A DNA stretch of 54,750 bases, from IMG/VR virus record IMGVR_UViG_3300011113_000434, positions 1 through 54,750 of that record, one strand, 5' to 3'. The position numbers were made by a program, and so were the translations under genes. Positions 54,012-54,750 of this stretch are shown piece after piece (positions within the stretch are counted from its first letter, which is position 1; every line of letters begins with the position of its first letter). A model generated the notes under the pieces. It saw only the letters and a program-made list of their open reading frames with translations. It ran no database searches and was not told the origin of the DNA. This stretch comes from a virus. Its lineage: Duplodnaviria; Caudoviricetes.

Positions 54012-54750
54012 ATGTCTCATTTGGTGATATCAAAAAAGAACGAAGTATATCTGCAGGTTAAAGCGGAACCGCATGTATACTACGAACTTGCTGATCAATT
54101 TACTTTTGACGTACCAGGTGCCAAGTTTATGCCCCAGTTTCGTAACAAATACTGGGATGGAAAAATACGTTTGTTTAACACACAAACTGGTGAAATCTAT
54201 GTTGGTCTTTTAGATAAACTCACCAATTTTTGTAAAAATCATGAATATACTTATGAGTTTACAAACAATAAATTTTATGGTCTTCCTTTTGAGGTAAATG
54301 AACATATCTCAAAAGAAGGTGTAAAAGATTATATGAATTCTATTTGTAAGTATGCTCCCCGTGAGTACCAAGTTGAGGGAGTATACGACGCTTTACGACA
54401 TAATCGAAAGTTGTTGATATCTCCAACTGCTTCTGGAAAGTCGTTGATGATATATTCGATTGTCCGATATTACGTTGAGAAAGGACAAAATACTCTGATA
54501 GTCGTTCCAACGACATCGCTTGTAGAGCAGATGTATAAAGACTTTGCAGATTATGGGTGGGATGTCGGTTCATACTGCCACAAAATATACGCAGGTAAAG
54601 AGAGAGAAACAGACTCTCAGGTTATCATTACAACCTGGCAGTCCATCTACAAACTTCCCCGACAATATTTCTCAAGATTTAATGTGGTCGTTGGAGATGA
54701 AGCACACCAGTTTAAATCAAAGTCATTAGTATCTATAATGACAAAACTTT
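54012..54750 (+). CDS. uvsW: DNA helicase UvsW (3' truncated by the window, absent from the ORF track)
   Basis: Hand translation: MSHLVISKKNEVYLQVKAEPHVYYELADQFTFDVPGAKFMPQFRNKYWDGKIRLF..., then PREYQ, Walker A SPTASGKS and DEAH. Confidence 0.95.
   Translation, partial: MSHLVISKKNEVYLQVKAEPHVYYELADQFTFDVPGAKFMPQFRNKYWDGKIRLFNTQTGEIYVGLLDKLTNFCKNHEYTYEFTNNKFYGLPFEVNEHISKEGVKDYMNSICKYAPREYQVEGVYDALRHNRKLLISPTASGKSLMIYSIVRYYVEKGQNTLIVVPTTSLVEQMYKDFADYGWDVGSYCHKIYAGKERETDSQVIITTWQSIYKLPRQYFSRFNVVVGDEAHQFKSKSLVSIMTKL

Noticed and set aside
909-54729. Numerous 60-150 aa minus-strand and alternate-frame ORFs in the track
   Set aside because: They overlap well-supported plus-strand genes and show no independent motifs, so they are treated as shadow ORFs.
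54544-54729. 61-aa plus-strand ORF near the window end
   Set aside because: It is an alternate frame within uvsW, which the track missed because it has no stop inside the window.
1-54750. tRNA or rRNA genes, alternative genetic code
   Set aside because: No intergenic gap shows a tRNA cloverleaf, and core genes read through intact and end at TAA, TGA or TAG under the standard code.

Overview
This window is a contiguous, entirely plus-strand segment of a T4-like cyanomyovirus genome. It covers the virion morphogenesis block in the usual order: g25-g6-g7-g8-VrlC-like-fibre genes-g13-g14-g15-g16-[4-gene insert]-g17-g18-g19-g20-g67-like-g21-g22-g23-g3-uvsY-[insert]-uvsW (partial). In front of it are a GC-rich to AT-rich transition with nested inverted repeats and a small accessory cluster: an AbrB-like protein, a GT-A-like glycosyltransferase, a basic peptide, an ATP-grasp-like protein and speD. 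T4-type late promoters (TATAAATA-like) punctuate the block. The most notable observations are: (1) a 708-aa modular protein between g16 and g17 whose ~10 small domains are separated by motifs resembling gp21 protease sites, plus two ORFs starting with T4-type capsid-targeting sequences, one carrying a PD-(D/E)xK-like nuclease motif, which together suggest a head-packaged, protease-released cargo system; (2) a G-[IVLF]-[GSTA]-[ST] motif that pervades the outer virion proteins and may be a glycosylation signal; (3) a 7-repeat FG-GAP propeller inserted in neck protein gp14; (4) an NblA-like small ORF; (5) several candidate RNA switches. All calls come from reading motifs and gene order; no database searches were run.
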